A DNA stretch of 63,228 nucleotides, filler included, from Octopus bimaculoides (Eukaryota), in NCBI RefSeq assembly GCF_001194135.2. It is 4 parts of 4 records of this genome, joined end to end, with 100 filler letters (N's around TTAATTAATTAA, not from the genome) between each part and the next. Parts side by side here need not be neighbours in the genome. Positions count along the whole stretch, not along the records: positions 1 to 26,794 come from NC_068988.1; 3 more parts are not named here. One strand, written 5' to 3'. The notes beneath the pieces were generated by a model, which worked only from the letters and a program-made list of their open reading frames with translations, was not told where the DNA came from and searched no databases. The position numbers were made by a program, and so were the translations under genes. This document shows positions 13,697 through 26,741 of the stretch, one piece after another (within the stretch, counting starts at the first letter, position 1; each line of letters opens with the position of its first letter).

Positions 13697-14532
13697 TAGT
13701 ATATTGCCACTTAACTGTGGCTGACCCCTAGGGGTGGATGTTACTGTTGCTTTTAGCCCCAGGAGGACATCTCCTCCAGCTGGCTTATCGACACACGACT
13801 GTGTCCTGTTTGCCAAGGGAAGTTATCCCTCTCACCATGATCTGTAGCACGAACGGATCCGGATTTCAGGGTTATTTCAAGGTCAGTGGCTGTCGAACGC
13901 CGACGAAGGGAAATAACCCTGAANNNNNNNNNNNNNNNNNNNNNNNNNNNNNNNNNNNNNNNNNNNNNNNNNNNNNNNNNNNNNNNNNNNNNNNNNNNNN
14001 NNNNNNNNNNNNNNNNNNNNNNNNNNNNNNNNNNNNNNNNNNNNNNNNNNNNNNNNNNNNNNNNNNNNNNNNNNNNNNNNNNNNNNNNNNNNNNNNNNNN
14101 NNNNNNNNNNNNNNNNNNNNNNNNNNNNNNNNNNNNNNNNNNNNNNNNNNNNNNNNNNNNNNNNNNNNNNNNNNNNNNNNNNNNNNNNNNNNNNNNNNNN
14201 NNNNNNNNNNNNNNNNNNNNNNNNNNNNNNNNNNNNNNNNNNNNNNNNNNNNNNNNNNNNNNNNNNNNNNNNNNNNNNNNNNNNNNNNNNNNNNNNNNNN
14301 NNNNNNNNNNNNNNNNNNNNNNNNNNNNNNNNNNNNNNNNNNNNNNNNNNNNNNNNNNNNNNNNNNNNNNNNNNNNNNNNNNNNNNNNNNNNNNNNNNNN
14401 NNNNNNNNNNNNNNNNNNNNNNNNNNNNNNNNNNNNNNNNNNNNNNNNNNNNNNNNNNNNNNNNNNNNNNNNNNNAAATTGATTTTAATCGAGTTTTTTA
14501 CATGTAATTTTGGATTTTGTCCCTAATATTAT

Positions 14533-14610
<78 letters not shown>

Positions 14611-15083
14611 CTTTGCATTTTTAAGACAGTAAAGTATGATTTGAGGAAGATGTAATTATTATTTCTACAGTTCGAGAGACCAGGTTGTGCTTCTTTATCT
14701 AACTTGTCCACTATAAGTCCTGTAGGTGATTAACCCAAGATCATTCGGCTTCGATGAGCAGACCTGTGGTGAAAGACATTTTAGCTGTGGCCATACTATC
14801 TTTTTGCAAAACAAAGATTTGTGTCTTATCATCAGTATTTTTAAGATGTTTGATCTTAGAGAGATGCGGGTGCTACCTCTAGCTGAGCAAGAAACCACGA
14901 AGAATCTCTCTCGTAGGCTCGCCCACCACTTGAACGAACGGATCCTTTAAAACATGTGAGATATTTCAGTTCCTATAAATCAAGCAGTAACGGTATGACA
15001 TGAATGAAATCTGATATGATTATCCTATCATTTCTTATTGGTAGCAACGTGTCAGCTCTTACGGTTACATCATACAAAATACC

Positions 15084-15298
15084 GATTTCAAATTTTGGCA
15101 CAAGGCCAGCTATTTAAGAGGAGGGGTAAGTCGATTATATCGACCTCAGTGCTCGGCTGGTACTTATTTTATTGATCCCGAATAGATGAAAAGTAAAGTC
15201 AACCTCGGCGAAATTTGAATTCAGAACGTGAAGACGGACGAAATACCGCAAAATATTTTTGCCCGACGTGCTAACGATTCTACCAGCAAGCTGCTTTA
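15084..15298 (-). mobile_element. SINE family B (ccaaaatttgaaa tail variant)
   Basis: Colinear with the other family B copies. Confidence 0.85.
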
Positions 15299-15364
15299 CA
15301 TCATATCAGCGTCTCTTCTTACCTTCGTTTCAAATCTTTTTCATTTTCAAATATTAAATAAAAT

Positions 15365-15402
<38 letters not shown>

Positions 15403-15846
15403 TCGAGAGAGGGAGAGAGAGAACAACTTTCTTGTAAGATACGAATATAGCAGTACGAAGTTTCGTGCCAAGTTGTCAAGATGATCAAATAAACGGGAGA
15501 AGTTACTGTTTGTAGCATATCAATAAAATAGTCAGGCAAATACCGATCATGTCACGTGATTGCATTACGTCATTGCAAAAGCCCAGTGATATAATAGGTT
15601 TTGGAATTGTTGGAATACGTATGCAATGCATATGTGCATTTAGGAATGTCCTTATCAGATGTGGGTACATCATGTGAACAGTTATTTCAGTAACCATACA
15701 CTGAGATTCTGTTTTTTTTTTTGTGTGTGTATTTACATGCACTCACATGCCTACACAAATACATACACATATTTACACACACGAGGATATTTACGCATAT
15801 AAATCTTCACGCATACACAATCGCTGTCACCCTCCCTCTCTCTCTC

Positions 15847-15878
<32 letters not shown>

Positions 15879-16386
15879 NNNNNNNNNNNNNNNNNNNNNN
15901 NNNNNNNNNNNNNNNNNNNNNNNNNNNNNNNNNNNNNNNNNNNNNNNNNNNNNNNNNNNNNNNNNNNNNNNNNNNNNNNNNNNNNNNNNNNNNNNNNNNN
16001 NNNNNNNNNNNNNNNNNNNNNNNNNNNNNNNNNNNNNNNNNNNNNNNNNNNNNNNNNNNNNNNNNNNNNNNNNNNNNNNNNNNNNNNNNNNNNNNNNNNN
16101 NNNNNNNNNNNNNNNNNNNNNNNNNNNNNNNNNNNNNNNNNNNNNNNNNNNNNNNNNNNNNNNNNNNNNNNNNNNNNNNNNNNNNNNNNNNNNNNNNNNN
16201 NNNNNNNNNNNNNNNNNNNNNNNNNNNNNNNNNNNNNNNNNNNNNNNNNNNNNNNNNNNNNNNNNNNNNNNNNNNNNNNNNNNNNNNNNNNNNNNNNNNN
16301 NNNNNNNNNNNNNNNNNNNNNNNNNNNNNNNNNNNNNNNNNNNNNNNNNNNNNNNNNNNATATATATATATATATATATATATACA

Positions 16387-16546
16387 CGACGGGCTTCTTT
16401 CAGATTCCGTGTACCAAATCCACTCACAAGGCTTTGGTCGGCCCGAGGCTATAACAGAAGACTCTTCCCAAGGTGCCGCGATGTGGGACTGACTCAGAAC
16501 CGTGGTTGGTAAGCAACCTATTTACTATACAGCCACTCCTGCGCCT
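16387..16546 (-). mobile_element. SINE family A, 5' half; its internal (TA)n runs into a gap
   Basis: acgacgggcttctttcag...cagccactcctgcgcct. Confidence 0.85.
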
Positions 16547-17370
16547 ATAGTACATAAAATGTATATTTTATAGCTGTCATACATATATCTGTGTGTACAG
16601 TCCCACCCGCTAGACAACATTTATACATTTATTTTACGGGATACATACATATTTATCTGACATTTTTATTTTCCATATCAAACCACAAATTCTAATGTAT
16701 ATATGTAAGTTTTCATATTTTCCAACACACACATATTTATATATGTCTGAATATGTGTATGTATGTAAGTATGAAGTATGAGTTGCGTGTCTTGTGTTAA
16801 TATTCTTTTGCGGCCTCAAGTTTCTATTTCCTATTCGTCATGTACATAACGATTACGTGGTACCGAAGTATCGTTAACACTTGTTAAATACTTGTGCTTT
16901 TCTATACGCAAACATGACTCGCCTTATAATCGAGGCCTTTCCTTCCAACTGGAGAAATCCTCACCCAAATTTCAAACTTTTTCATTCACATTTACATTTT
17001 AAAATTTCATACTGAAATTATTTCACATGAAAAGAGTCAAAACTAATTTTACTCTCTCTCTGGAAAAGAAAAATAGAAAACACAAAGACACTTAACCGAA
17101 TTTTCTCTGGCACTTTGTAAAGACATAAATCAAATCAACTAAGATGAATTTGGTTATATAAATAACACTAGTCACCTCATCTCAATGATCCGGTAACTAA
17201 TGATATTAAATATGAAAAATAAACTGGGGTATCATCGTTGTATTCCCACATGGAATGTGAATGAATTGACAATTCATTAACTCATTCTACATCTGTAGAT
17301 CGATGGTAAAGTGCGCATGCGTACGTGTGCACAAGTATCTAAGCTCAAGCCTATAAGAGTACTGAAAAAT

Positions 17371-17548
17371 AATCCTTTCTATTACAGGCACAAGGGCTGA
17401 AATTTTGGGGGTGGAAACTAGTCGATTGCATCGACCCCAGAATTTCCCTGGTACTTAATTTATCGACCCCGAAAGAATGAAAGGCAAAGTCGACCTCGGC
17501 TAAGCATTTCGTCCAGCGTGCTAACGATTCTGCCAGTTCGCCACCTTA
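17371..17548 (-). mobile_element. SINE family B with internal deletion
   Basis: gtcgacctcggc is joined to taagcatttcg, so the B-box segment is lost. Confidence 0.85.
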
Positions 17549-17570
17549 GAATACTGAAGAAATAATATTA

Positions 17571-17942
17571 AACAAGAGCACTCAGAGAGAGCAAACCTCT
17601 TCCAAGGCAACACTAATATCCCCCTCAACGATTAACCGGAGAAGATTTTTTAAATGAGAATGTCTGAAATAAACTCGACTGCTCTCACAAATGAGAATAC
17701 TAAAAATGAACCCGACCGTTCTCAAAACATAAATAAAAAAAAAAAAGGAAAAACAATCCAGAATCCTTGTCCGGCACCAGATCAATCCCCAAATCTAATC
17801 AGTTCGTGCCAGTCTTGAGCCAAACATCCCTAAAGTTCCATCCGAACCTATCCACCGGTTCTTGAGTTATCTTGTCCATAGACAAACTAACAAGCAAACA
17901 CGACTGAAACAATACCTCCGCTTTCGCTAAGATGGAGGTAAT
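17571..17942 (+). mobile_element. Non-autonomous DINE-1/HINE-like (Helentron-type) element candidate
   Basis: 3' hairpin tacctcc(17913-19)...ggaggta(17934-40); sub-terminal acctc near the 5' end (17605); subterminal acaa-like repeat; AT-rich flanks. The architecture resembles DINE-1/HINE; this is an architectural inference. Confidence 0.45.
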
Positions 17943-17964
17943 AAAATATATATTTTATATATTA

Positions 17965-18345
17965 TTTGTTATTGGTTTCATCCAGATGCTGAGGTCATAC
18001 GGGGGCACCGCCTTTTTTGTGACTGGTTTTTCATTTCACACTTCCTGGATTTGTTTCGTCTTTTTTTGTTTTCTTTTTTTTTTTCGGAATTGTCTCTGGT
18101 GAAGTAGCGGGTTGGAGAGTGATGCTCTTCTATGTGTTTTCTTCCGCGGATTGGGCTCATCTGTAATGTCAAATATATATTTATCCAAACGTTCTTTGAA
18201 ACCTTGTAGATGTCTGAGTTTGTTTGGCAGAGCGTTGAAAAGTTGTGGCCCCATGAAACCTAAGCTGTTACAATACTGGGTCCTTATTGTTGACGGAAAT
18301 AACAGGATCTTTAGTACTATGCAGAGGCATCCAATTCAAACAAAT
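17965..18345 (-). mobile_element. CR1/L2-group LINE 3' end (ORF2 C-terminus plus 3' tail)
   Basis: Minus strand: CIVLKI...STIRTQYCNSLGFMGPQLFNALPNKLRHLQGFKERLDKYIFDITDEP...SNPLLHQ, the typical CR1-group GPxLFNxLP...FKxxLD...PDEP ending. Confidence 0.75.
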
Positions 18346-18673
18346 ATAAACAAAATTACAAACACCCTATCGTTATTGTACTGAGTCACTTCTACAAATA
18401 ATCTACAGAAGTGATACACAATGTGAGCCCGGTGGTTAATTTGTGTTCCGAACCAAAATTAGGTGGTCGGGGACGCGTTTCATGGGACCAAAGAAGTCAT
18501 TATTTGATTTTTTTCTCATTTAAAAAGGGCAGTCAAATATGCAAATAAATTAAAGGTGAATGTGTATCATTGCTTTAGCGCAGTTGTTGCTTTGTATACA
18601 TTCCCAGCTCGAGTACTTTTACACATAAATACGCACACACGTACATGCACGCACACGCACGCACACACACATA

Positions 18674-18711
<38 letters not shown>

Positions 18712-18920
18712 CACAAACACACACACACAATTTTTTTTTCTCAATTTTTTTTTTCTCCGAATTTTTTTTTCTCCGTGTTTTTCTCCTTGTTTTCTCCGTA
18801 TTCTTTCTGTATTCCCGAGCGTCAAACTAATACATCCTTTTGTTGTTTACACCACTTGTCCTCGTCTGTTGTCCTCGTATATATATATATTAGATGTCTC
18901 TCGTATTAAATGTATACATA

Positions 18921-19124
18921 TATTAAATGCCTCTCGTAGATGAACAAGAATAGCAGTCCTGATTCGTGCATATATGCATATGTGTGTATGTATGTATGTA
19001 TGTATGTATGTATGTATGTATGTATGTATGTACGTATGTATGTATGTATATGCATATATATATGCTAGATAGTGCACACGAATCTGGACTGCAATTTTTG
19101 TTCATCTACGAGAGACATTTATTA
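18921..19124. mobile_element. Foldback/MITE-like element enclosing a (TATG)n microsatellite
   Basis: Arms 18925-18968 and 19077-19120 are reverse complements with 4 mismatches in 44 bp. Confidence 0.7.
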
Positions 19125-19727
19125 ACTGAGCGGGCAAAAGTGACTTTATTTTTTAGCGGAGCAATTACTTAATATCCATTTGACTTAAACAAGAAGATAG
19201 GCATATCACGCGCACACACACACACGTACAAAGACAGATAGGATTAAAAAATATACTATTCGCTTCTTAATGCTTCCTCTTATCTTTAGTGAAAGACTTT
19301 TTGAATTTTTCTTATCTCTTTTCAAGAATACATACATGCATATACATACGTATATATGCATCATTCGTATGTGTGTGCAATTTACATACATACAGATAGA
19401 TATATATNNNNNNNNNNNNNNNNNNNNNNNNNNNNNNNNNNNNNNNNNNNNNNNNNNNNNNNNNNNNNNNNNNNNNNNNNNNNNNNNNNNNNNNNNNNNN
19501 NNNNNNNNNNNNNNNNNNNNNNNNNNNNNNNNNNNNNNNNNNNNNNNNNNNNNNNNNNNNNNNNNNNNNNNNNNNNNNNNNNNNNNNNNNNNNNNNNNNN
19601 NNNNNNNNNNNNNNNNNNNNNNNNNNNNNNNNNNNNNNNNNNNNNNNNNNNNNNNNNNNNNNNNNNNNNNNNNNNNNNNNNNNNNNNNNNNNNNNNNNNN
19701 NNNNNNNNNNNNNNNNNNNNNNNNNNN

Positions 19728-19810
<83 letters not shown>

Positions 19811-21276
19811 TATTTACATATACGTATATATGCATACATATATAAATGTATACACATATATACATACATATATGTATATGCATACATATACACATACGTA
19901 TACACATACATATACACACATACATACATATATATTTGTTTATATACATGCATATATATATACGTATACATATACACATATATATACATAAACGTATATA
20001 TGCATACATATATATATATACACACACACATATATACACACATGCACACACATATACACACATACACACACACAGAGATATATGTATGTATGTGTGTGTG
20101 TGTGTGTGATAACAGAAAATTGCTAATAAATAGGTAAGAGATAAAACTCGGTAAACATACGAACCACAACACAGAATACTCGTTCAATTCATGCTGCCTG
20201 TCCTCATCCTGATCTCTGCCGCTATCACCCAAAGTCATTGCTAAGCAACCACCATAGCAACACACTAACTCCACAACCCATACAAGCCGCCATTACGTGT
20301 ATCACTGCGTATTATACACAATAAAGGAATGTAAACTTTCAAACGCTTTAACGACTTTTTAAGTGGAAAATAATGCTTCTCGCGATGAGTTTTCATACTC
20401 AGTTATGTTTTCTCAACTTGGTTTTTATACCTGTGTGTATGCATGCATATATATATATATATATATACATATATATACATACCTGTATGTATGCATATAA
20501 TATATAATATATATTTGTATGAATACATACATACATACATGGATACGTGTACCCATGCCTACAATATATATAAGAATACGCGTGTGTAGATACATGTATG
20601 TATATTGTGTATAAATAAATGCATTTATAATACCTACATATATGTGTCAGTGTTTGTATATACCCATGTATGTATTTATGTAAGTATATATGTATATCGG
20701 AAGAATTTACATAACACTTTCGGGCATATGGACTCTTTTCTTTACTTCGCTCAACGTGCAGTAACTCCTATCTTTTATCACTAATTGATATATTCTAGAT
20801 GTAGATTAGCTTAATCCATAATCTGCTTCCAAGAGACTGACTCCTTGGTCCTGACTACTTCGAAGCGATATCGAACATTCAATTAAATCACTCAAATTAA
20901 GAACGATACTTTCGATGTGGAATAGTTGTATGTGGAAATATATCAGCAAACTTCTGTTGCACCAAATTTATATAGCGGCCATCTTCTCGAAACACGTAAC
21001 CGACTGAAAGGATACGTACCTCGGTTGGAAAAACTATCCCTTCGCTAGAAGCAAATCTGAAATATTTATAGACTGGTTACAAAAATGAACCGCATATATA
21101 ATTCAATTATTAAAGTGCAGTCGAATCGCTAAACGCTCTGATGACTAGTTGGCGTTTTTTCATATTAGCAGCGAGTTCTATATGTATATGTATGTGCGAG
21201 TGTGTGTGTTTTAATATATATATTTATACATATATATTTGTATATATATGTTTATATGTATGTATATACGTATATC

Positions 21277-21324
<48 letters not shown>

Positions 21325-21811
21325 NNNNNNNNNNTACTTGACATTACGTCTGTCCGCCACAAATATTGGTATCGTAAAATCACTAGGAGACTGTTAAAAG
21401 CACATAAAATCATGTTACTTTACAATGAATAAGAATAAAAGCATATAAAGTCATATTAAAGTAAAGTACAGTAAACGTTAAATTCACATCATAAAGTAGT
21501 GTAGCTTAGTGAATAAAATCATGAAATCAGCTGTGTTGTCCTATTTATCGGTCTTTCGGAGCTCATATTGCACTGTAGTTCCAGCATCTGCCGTTAGGCG
21601 CCGTTGTCACTCGTGATTCTCGCGATTGTCTTGAATTCATGTTTGTTTACGTCTGTTTATCGGCTAATTTCTCATTCTCATTGGACATTCACACACATAT
21701 ATATTTGCATATGTATATATATATAGATATGCATATATATATATGTGTGTGTGTGTGTGTTTGTGTGTATACATATACATATTACATACATACATATATA
21801 CATACATGCAA

Positions 21812-21842
<31 letters not shown>

Positions 21843-21930
21843 CATATATATACATAGTGTGTATATATATATAAATACATACACGTACATTGAAGAAACA
21901 AAAACATATAATTTATATGCATATATATAA

Positions 21931-22096
21931 GCGTGGTTGTGTGGTAAGAAGCTTGCTTCCCAACCACATAGTCCAGGGCTCAGTCCCACTGCGTAGCAAC
22001 TTGGACACGGGTCTTCTGCTATAGCATCGAGCTGTCCAAAGCTTCATGAATGAATATGATAGACGGAAACTGAAAGAAACCCGTCATATATATATA

Positions 22097-22149
<53 letters not shown>
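21931..22149 (+). mobile_element. SINE family A, 5' half; its internal (TA)n runs into a gap
   Basis: gcgtggttgtgtggtaagaagcttgcttcccaaccacat...gacggaaactgaaagaaacccgtc(ta)n. Confidence 0.85.
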
Positions 22150-23063
22150 NNNNNNNNNNNNNNNNNNNNNNNNNNNNNNNNNNNNNNNNNNNNNNNNNNN
22201 NNNNNNNNNNNNNNNNNNNNNNNNNNNNNNNNNNNNNNNNNNNNNNNNNNNNNNNNNNNNNNNNNNNNNNNNNNNNNNNNNNNNNNNNNNNNNNNNNNNN
22301 NNNNNNNNNNNNNNNNNNNNNNNNNNNNNNNNNNNNNNNNNNNNNNNNNNNNNNNNNNNNNNNNNNNNNNNNNNNNNNNNNNNNNNNNNNNNNNNNNNNN
22401 NNNNNNNNNNNNNNNNNNNNNNNNNNNNNNNNNNNNNNNNNNNNNNNNNNNNNNNNNNNNNNNNNNNNNNNNNNNNNNNNNNNNNNNNNNNNNNNNNNNN
22501 NNNNNNNNNNNNNNNNNNNNNNNNNNNNNNNNNNNNNNNNNNNNNNNNNNNNNNNNNNNNNNNNNNNNNNNNNNNNNNNNNNNNNNNNNNNNNNNNNNNN
22601 NNNNNNNNNNNNNNNNNNNNNNNNNNNNNNNNNNNNNNNNNNNNNNNNNNNNNNNNNNNNNNNNNNNNNNNNNNNNNNNNNNNNNNNNNNNNNNNNNNNN
22701 NNNNNNNNNNNNNNNNNNNNNNNNNNNNNNNNNNNNNNNNNNNNNNNNNNNNNNNNNNNNNNNNNNNNNNNNNNNNNNNNNNNNNNNNNNNNNNNNNNNN
22801 NNNNNNNNNNNNNNNNNNNNNNNNNNNNNNNNNNNNNNNNNNNNNNNNNNNNNNNNNNNNNNNNNNNNNNNNNNNNNNNNNNNNNNNNNNNNNNNNNNNN
22901 NNNNNNNNNNNNNNNNNNNNNNNNNNNNNNNNNNNNNNNNNNNNNNNNNNNNNNNNNNNNNNNNNNNNNNNNNNNNNNNNNNNNNNNNNNNNNNNNNNNN
23001 NNNNNNNNNNNNNNNNNNNNNNNNNNNNNNNNNNNNNNNNNNNNNNNNNNNNNNNNNNNNNNN

Positions 23064-23408
23064 GTTGATCCGATCAACGGAACAGCCTGCTCGTGAAATT
23101 AACGTGCAAGTGGCTGAGCACTCCACGGACACGTGTACTCTTAATGTAGTTCTCGGGGATATTCAACGTGACACAGTGTGACAAAGCTGACCCTTTGAAT
23201 TACAGGCATAACAGAAACAGGAAGTAAGAGTGAGAGAAAGTTGTGGTGAAAGAGTACAGCAGGGTTCGCCACCATCCCCTGCCGGAGCCTCGTGGAGCTT
23301 TTAGGTGTTTTCGCTCAATAAACACTCACAACGCCCTGTCTGGGAATCGAAATCGCGATCCTATGACCACGAGTCCACTGCCCTTACCACTTGGCCATTA
23401 CGCCTCCA
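23064..23408 (-). mobile_element. tRNA-derived SINE, family C (possibly tRNA-Arg-derived, OR-like)
   Basis: Minus strand head ggaggcgtaatggccaagtggtaagggcagtggactcgtgg...ttcgattccca (A/B-box-like), then a non-tRNA body ...gtgctcagccacttgcacgttaatttcacgagcagg. The 3' end is lost in the gap. The family name is from memory. Confidence 0.75.
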
Positions 23409-23486
23409 CTCATACATGCATACATACATACATACATACATACATACATACATACATACATACATACATACATACATACATACATA

Positions 23487-23826
23487 AGGATAGCTATAGG
23501 CAACTGCTTCGAAACCTCCAGCTTCTATATCCAGACTATGAATTCATACTCATACCAATGATAATTGGAGCACTAGGTTTCTTTAGTAAATGGTTAAAGG
23601 AGAATCTGGACAAACTGGGATTTTCAGAAAGAGAAATCGACTGGCTAATTCGTACATTACAAGAGCAATCTGTGAGTGGAACAATAAAAATATGCAAGAC
23701 TTTTCTCAAGTTCCAAATGTGAATTTGTCTGTGTTAACTACATTCCAAAGATGGAGCCTTGTATCTTTGTTGGAAACCGGCTCCCTCCTCAGTGGAAGAT
23801 TTATAATAATTAAAAAATAGAAGAGA
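23487..23826 (+). mobile_element. 5'-truncated RLE non-LTR retrotransposon, copy 2, in (CATA)n
   Basis: [32 protein letters not shown]...SVSGTIKICKTFLKFQM* (stop 23720-22) is homologous to copy 1. (CATA)n at 23411-23486 and 23827-23842. Confidence 0.85.
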
Positions 23827-24107
23827 CATACATACATACATACTGCATTTTAAGAGGACTTTGTTTAATATGTACGTCCTCTCTTGCAAGACAATAATAA
23901 AGATTTGATTAAAATAAGTGTGACTGCATTTTTTCTCACATGTCGAAAGAAAACGTGGAGGTTTTCTCAGCTTGATTAATGCTAAATTCTGAACGATAGT
24001 GAAAAGGAAACTGTATGATGAGTAAAATGCATTCCATGTCGCAATGACATCCATCTTACCATCCAGCCATGCGCTCGCACACAGCCATAAACACATGCAT
24101 ACATACA

Positions 24108-24138
<31 letters not shown>

Positions 24139-24299
24139 TTGCATATACATACATACGTATGCAGTAACATACACATGTATTTGTAGGGAACAATTTTTAA
24201 AAGTATTCAGTAAAACAATAATTTTTAAAAATAGAATAAGAGATGAAAAAGTTTTTGAGTAGGTTATGTTAGGGCATTCCATCATCTTCATTTTCTACA

Positions 24300-25560
24300 T
24301 TATTTTTCCTAAGGGGGAATTTCGTTGTTTAGAAGAAATTGTTTCTTCCTCACCAATTATCGTTGCTTTATGTTGTCTTTTTTTTTTTTACTGTGATTCT
24401 TTCATCTTTGTTTCCTCCGTGTTTTCACTCAGACTTTGAAAACTTTCACCCGTAATTATTTCTTCCAAATCGCACGATGAAGGTGTGGTACTCCATGTTG
24501 ATACCGTCAGGGGACTAGATATTAGCTCATCTGTTTATGATAAAAGGCCTAAAAATATTTCCTTTGCCATCACCAGAGTTTTGGCGGGTGGTGATATGAA
24601 AACTGGTGTTTGCTGTTCTTTTTGCAATTGCTCCTTATTGCTTTCGTTTTTCATTTTCTTTTTATTTAAATCTTCCCAGTTCTTCCAGGCATTTGGCTCA
24701 AGCTGTGTTTCACTCCGACTAACTTAACAACTAGCTTTTCTACCTTGTATCATCAATCTCATGTTCTTTCTCTCGGCTCTTTCTTCTGATACGACTCTGT
24801 AGCCTTCGGGGGTTTATGAGGACTTGAAAGTCCATTTGTGTCATCTTCGTTCACAGGTCACATTCCTGGAGCCCGCTCAGCCACTTTTCTATGCTACGAC
24901 ACAAAATCCCAACAAACGATAGATCTACATCATGTCCAGTGTCTGTTATTATTATTCTTGTGTTTTTTTTTTACCCATGTATTAAGGCAGAAATATATAT
25001 TCAGCAGGATTTATCACAATTTAAGCCTGATTTGAGCTGCATCTTCGGTTTTGAAGAGACAGCAGAATGTGTCATAGTTTTTGGCTTTAACAATTGTGAT
25101 CATTTCTTCTGGTGTATGCAAGATTCTTGTACTACATGATGTGAAGGGAAATTTAACCTGTTTCCGTATGGAGGGTTATATATTTCTTCTCTTTGCCCTC
25201 TCCTGAGTAATTTTTTGTTGCAAACAAATAAATGCTGTTCGGTTTTACAAAATTACCCCATCTTCATGTTTTTTTTTCTTTTCTTCTGTGATAAATATAG
25301 AAATTCTATCTGTTCATTTATTTTTAAGAAAGGGTTGTCTTCACACAGATGCCATGCAAATGGACCGCAGTATTCAGAATCGTGTAAGAATCTCTACTGC
25401 TCTCGCTGTAATTACTGCCACTGTCTTCTAAATGATTATTTGGGACATTTTCTGTTCTGTTCATTTTCTTGTTCCTCGTGTACAGTTAGTTGCGTGTTTT
25501 GACTCTAATGTGATTTTTGACATCATAAGCTTTTGTCGTGTGACAAGTTTATTTGGTATT
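24300..25560 (-). pseudogene. Heavily degraded coding-like segment, possibly a LINE (L1/Tx1-like) ORF1
   Basis: Purine-rich minus strand with patches such as EEMITIVKAKNYDTFCCLFKTEDAAQ and MRLMIQGRKASC. Many stops; the assignment is tentative. Confidence 0.3.
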
Positions 25561-25854
25561 TTGCATAGAAAAATGTAGTGTGTATAAGTAGAAACTTTTA
25601 TAAGTTTGTGAAACAAATACCTTTTATTTTTCTGTTCTCTACCCCCGGGTATCGAGGTCAGTCCCTCCTTTGGTTATTATAGCTCTTTTCACAAGTAACA
25701 CAAAGAAAATTTCATTTGGTAATGCTTGATGCTTGAATAAAACGTGTTTCAAAGTGAAGAACAAAAATAACGTCTTCCCACAGCTAGAGTGGAATACACC
25801 ACTAATAATAATAATAGCAATGATAATAATAATAACAACAAAAACAACAACAAC

Positions 25855-25926
<72 letters not shown>

Positions 25927-26312
25927 TAATGAAAAAAAATGCTTTCTAATTGATGTATCAATACCAGCAGATGACAACGTTTCTCTAAAAGAAATGGAAA
26001 AACTTTCAAAATACAAAGACCTGGAAATAGAGATAACTCGAATGTGGAATCTAAAAACAGAAACAATTCCTATCATAGTAGGTGCCTTAGGTATAATAAA
26101 AAAATATTCAGACAAATACATAACAAAAACACCAGGACTTACAAATATATATAACATACAGAAAATTGCACTACTGGGTACTGCACACATCCTACGCAAA
26201 ACACTTTCAATACAGTAACCATAAGAGCATCACAGCAAACTACAGCACATACCCAAGGCACTCAGAGCTGCGCTCGGTAGTAAAGTGAAAGCACGTTATA
26301 AAAGCAAAACTA

Positions 26313-26315
<3 letters not shown>
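25927..26315 (+). mobile_element. 5'-truncated R4/Dong-clade RLE retrotransposon in (TAA)n
   Basis: NEKKCFLIDVSIPADDNVSLKEMEKLSKYKDLEIEITRMW...IPIIVGALG...IQKIALLGTAHILRKTL (stop 26216-18). (AAT)n directly on both sides. Confidence 0.88.
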
Positions 26316-26410
<95 letters not shown>

Positions 26411-26418
26411 TAATAACA

Positions 26419-26620
26419 ATGGAGCAAGCCCCAAAAACTGCTCTGCTGGAGACAGCTACGATTTTGAGATCGGTACTTGGGTGTTGAATGTCTTCCATGA
26501 TAATTAACAACCAATTATCAAAGCTTATAATGTGCGGAAAGAGACCTCTTGTGACCTCTGACAACAGGTCAATCTGAATCAATCTGAGCAAACAAGACCG
26601 AGCGCTCTGAGAAGTAAAAT
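26419..26620 (+). mobile_element. Second, shorter Dong-like 3' end (different subfamily) in the same (TAA)n array
   Basis: MEQAPKTALLETATILRSVLGC* (26419-26487) aligns with QKIALLGTAHILRKTL. Distinct 3' UTR of about 135 bp; (AAT)n on both sides. Confidence 0.7.
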
Positions 26621-26627
26621 ATTGATG

Positions 26628-26684
<57 letters not shown>

Positions 26685-26687
26685 GTA

Positions 26688-26735
<48 letters not shown>

Positions 26736-26741
26736 GTAGTA

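Noticed and set aside
23335-23408. tRNA-like sequence as a real tRNA gene (also the heads of SINE families A, B and D)
   Set aside because: The cloverleaf is imperfect and continues into SINE bodies; these are SINE heads.
25733-25926. N-terminal part of the 161-aa ORF as part of the retrotransposon protein
   Set aside because: The poly-Ile comes from the (ATA)n target array read in frame; element homology starts at about 25927.
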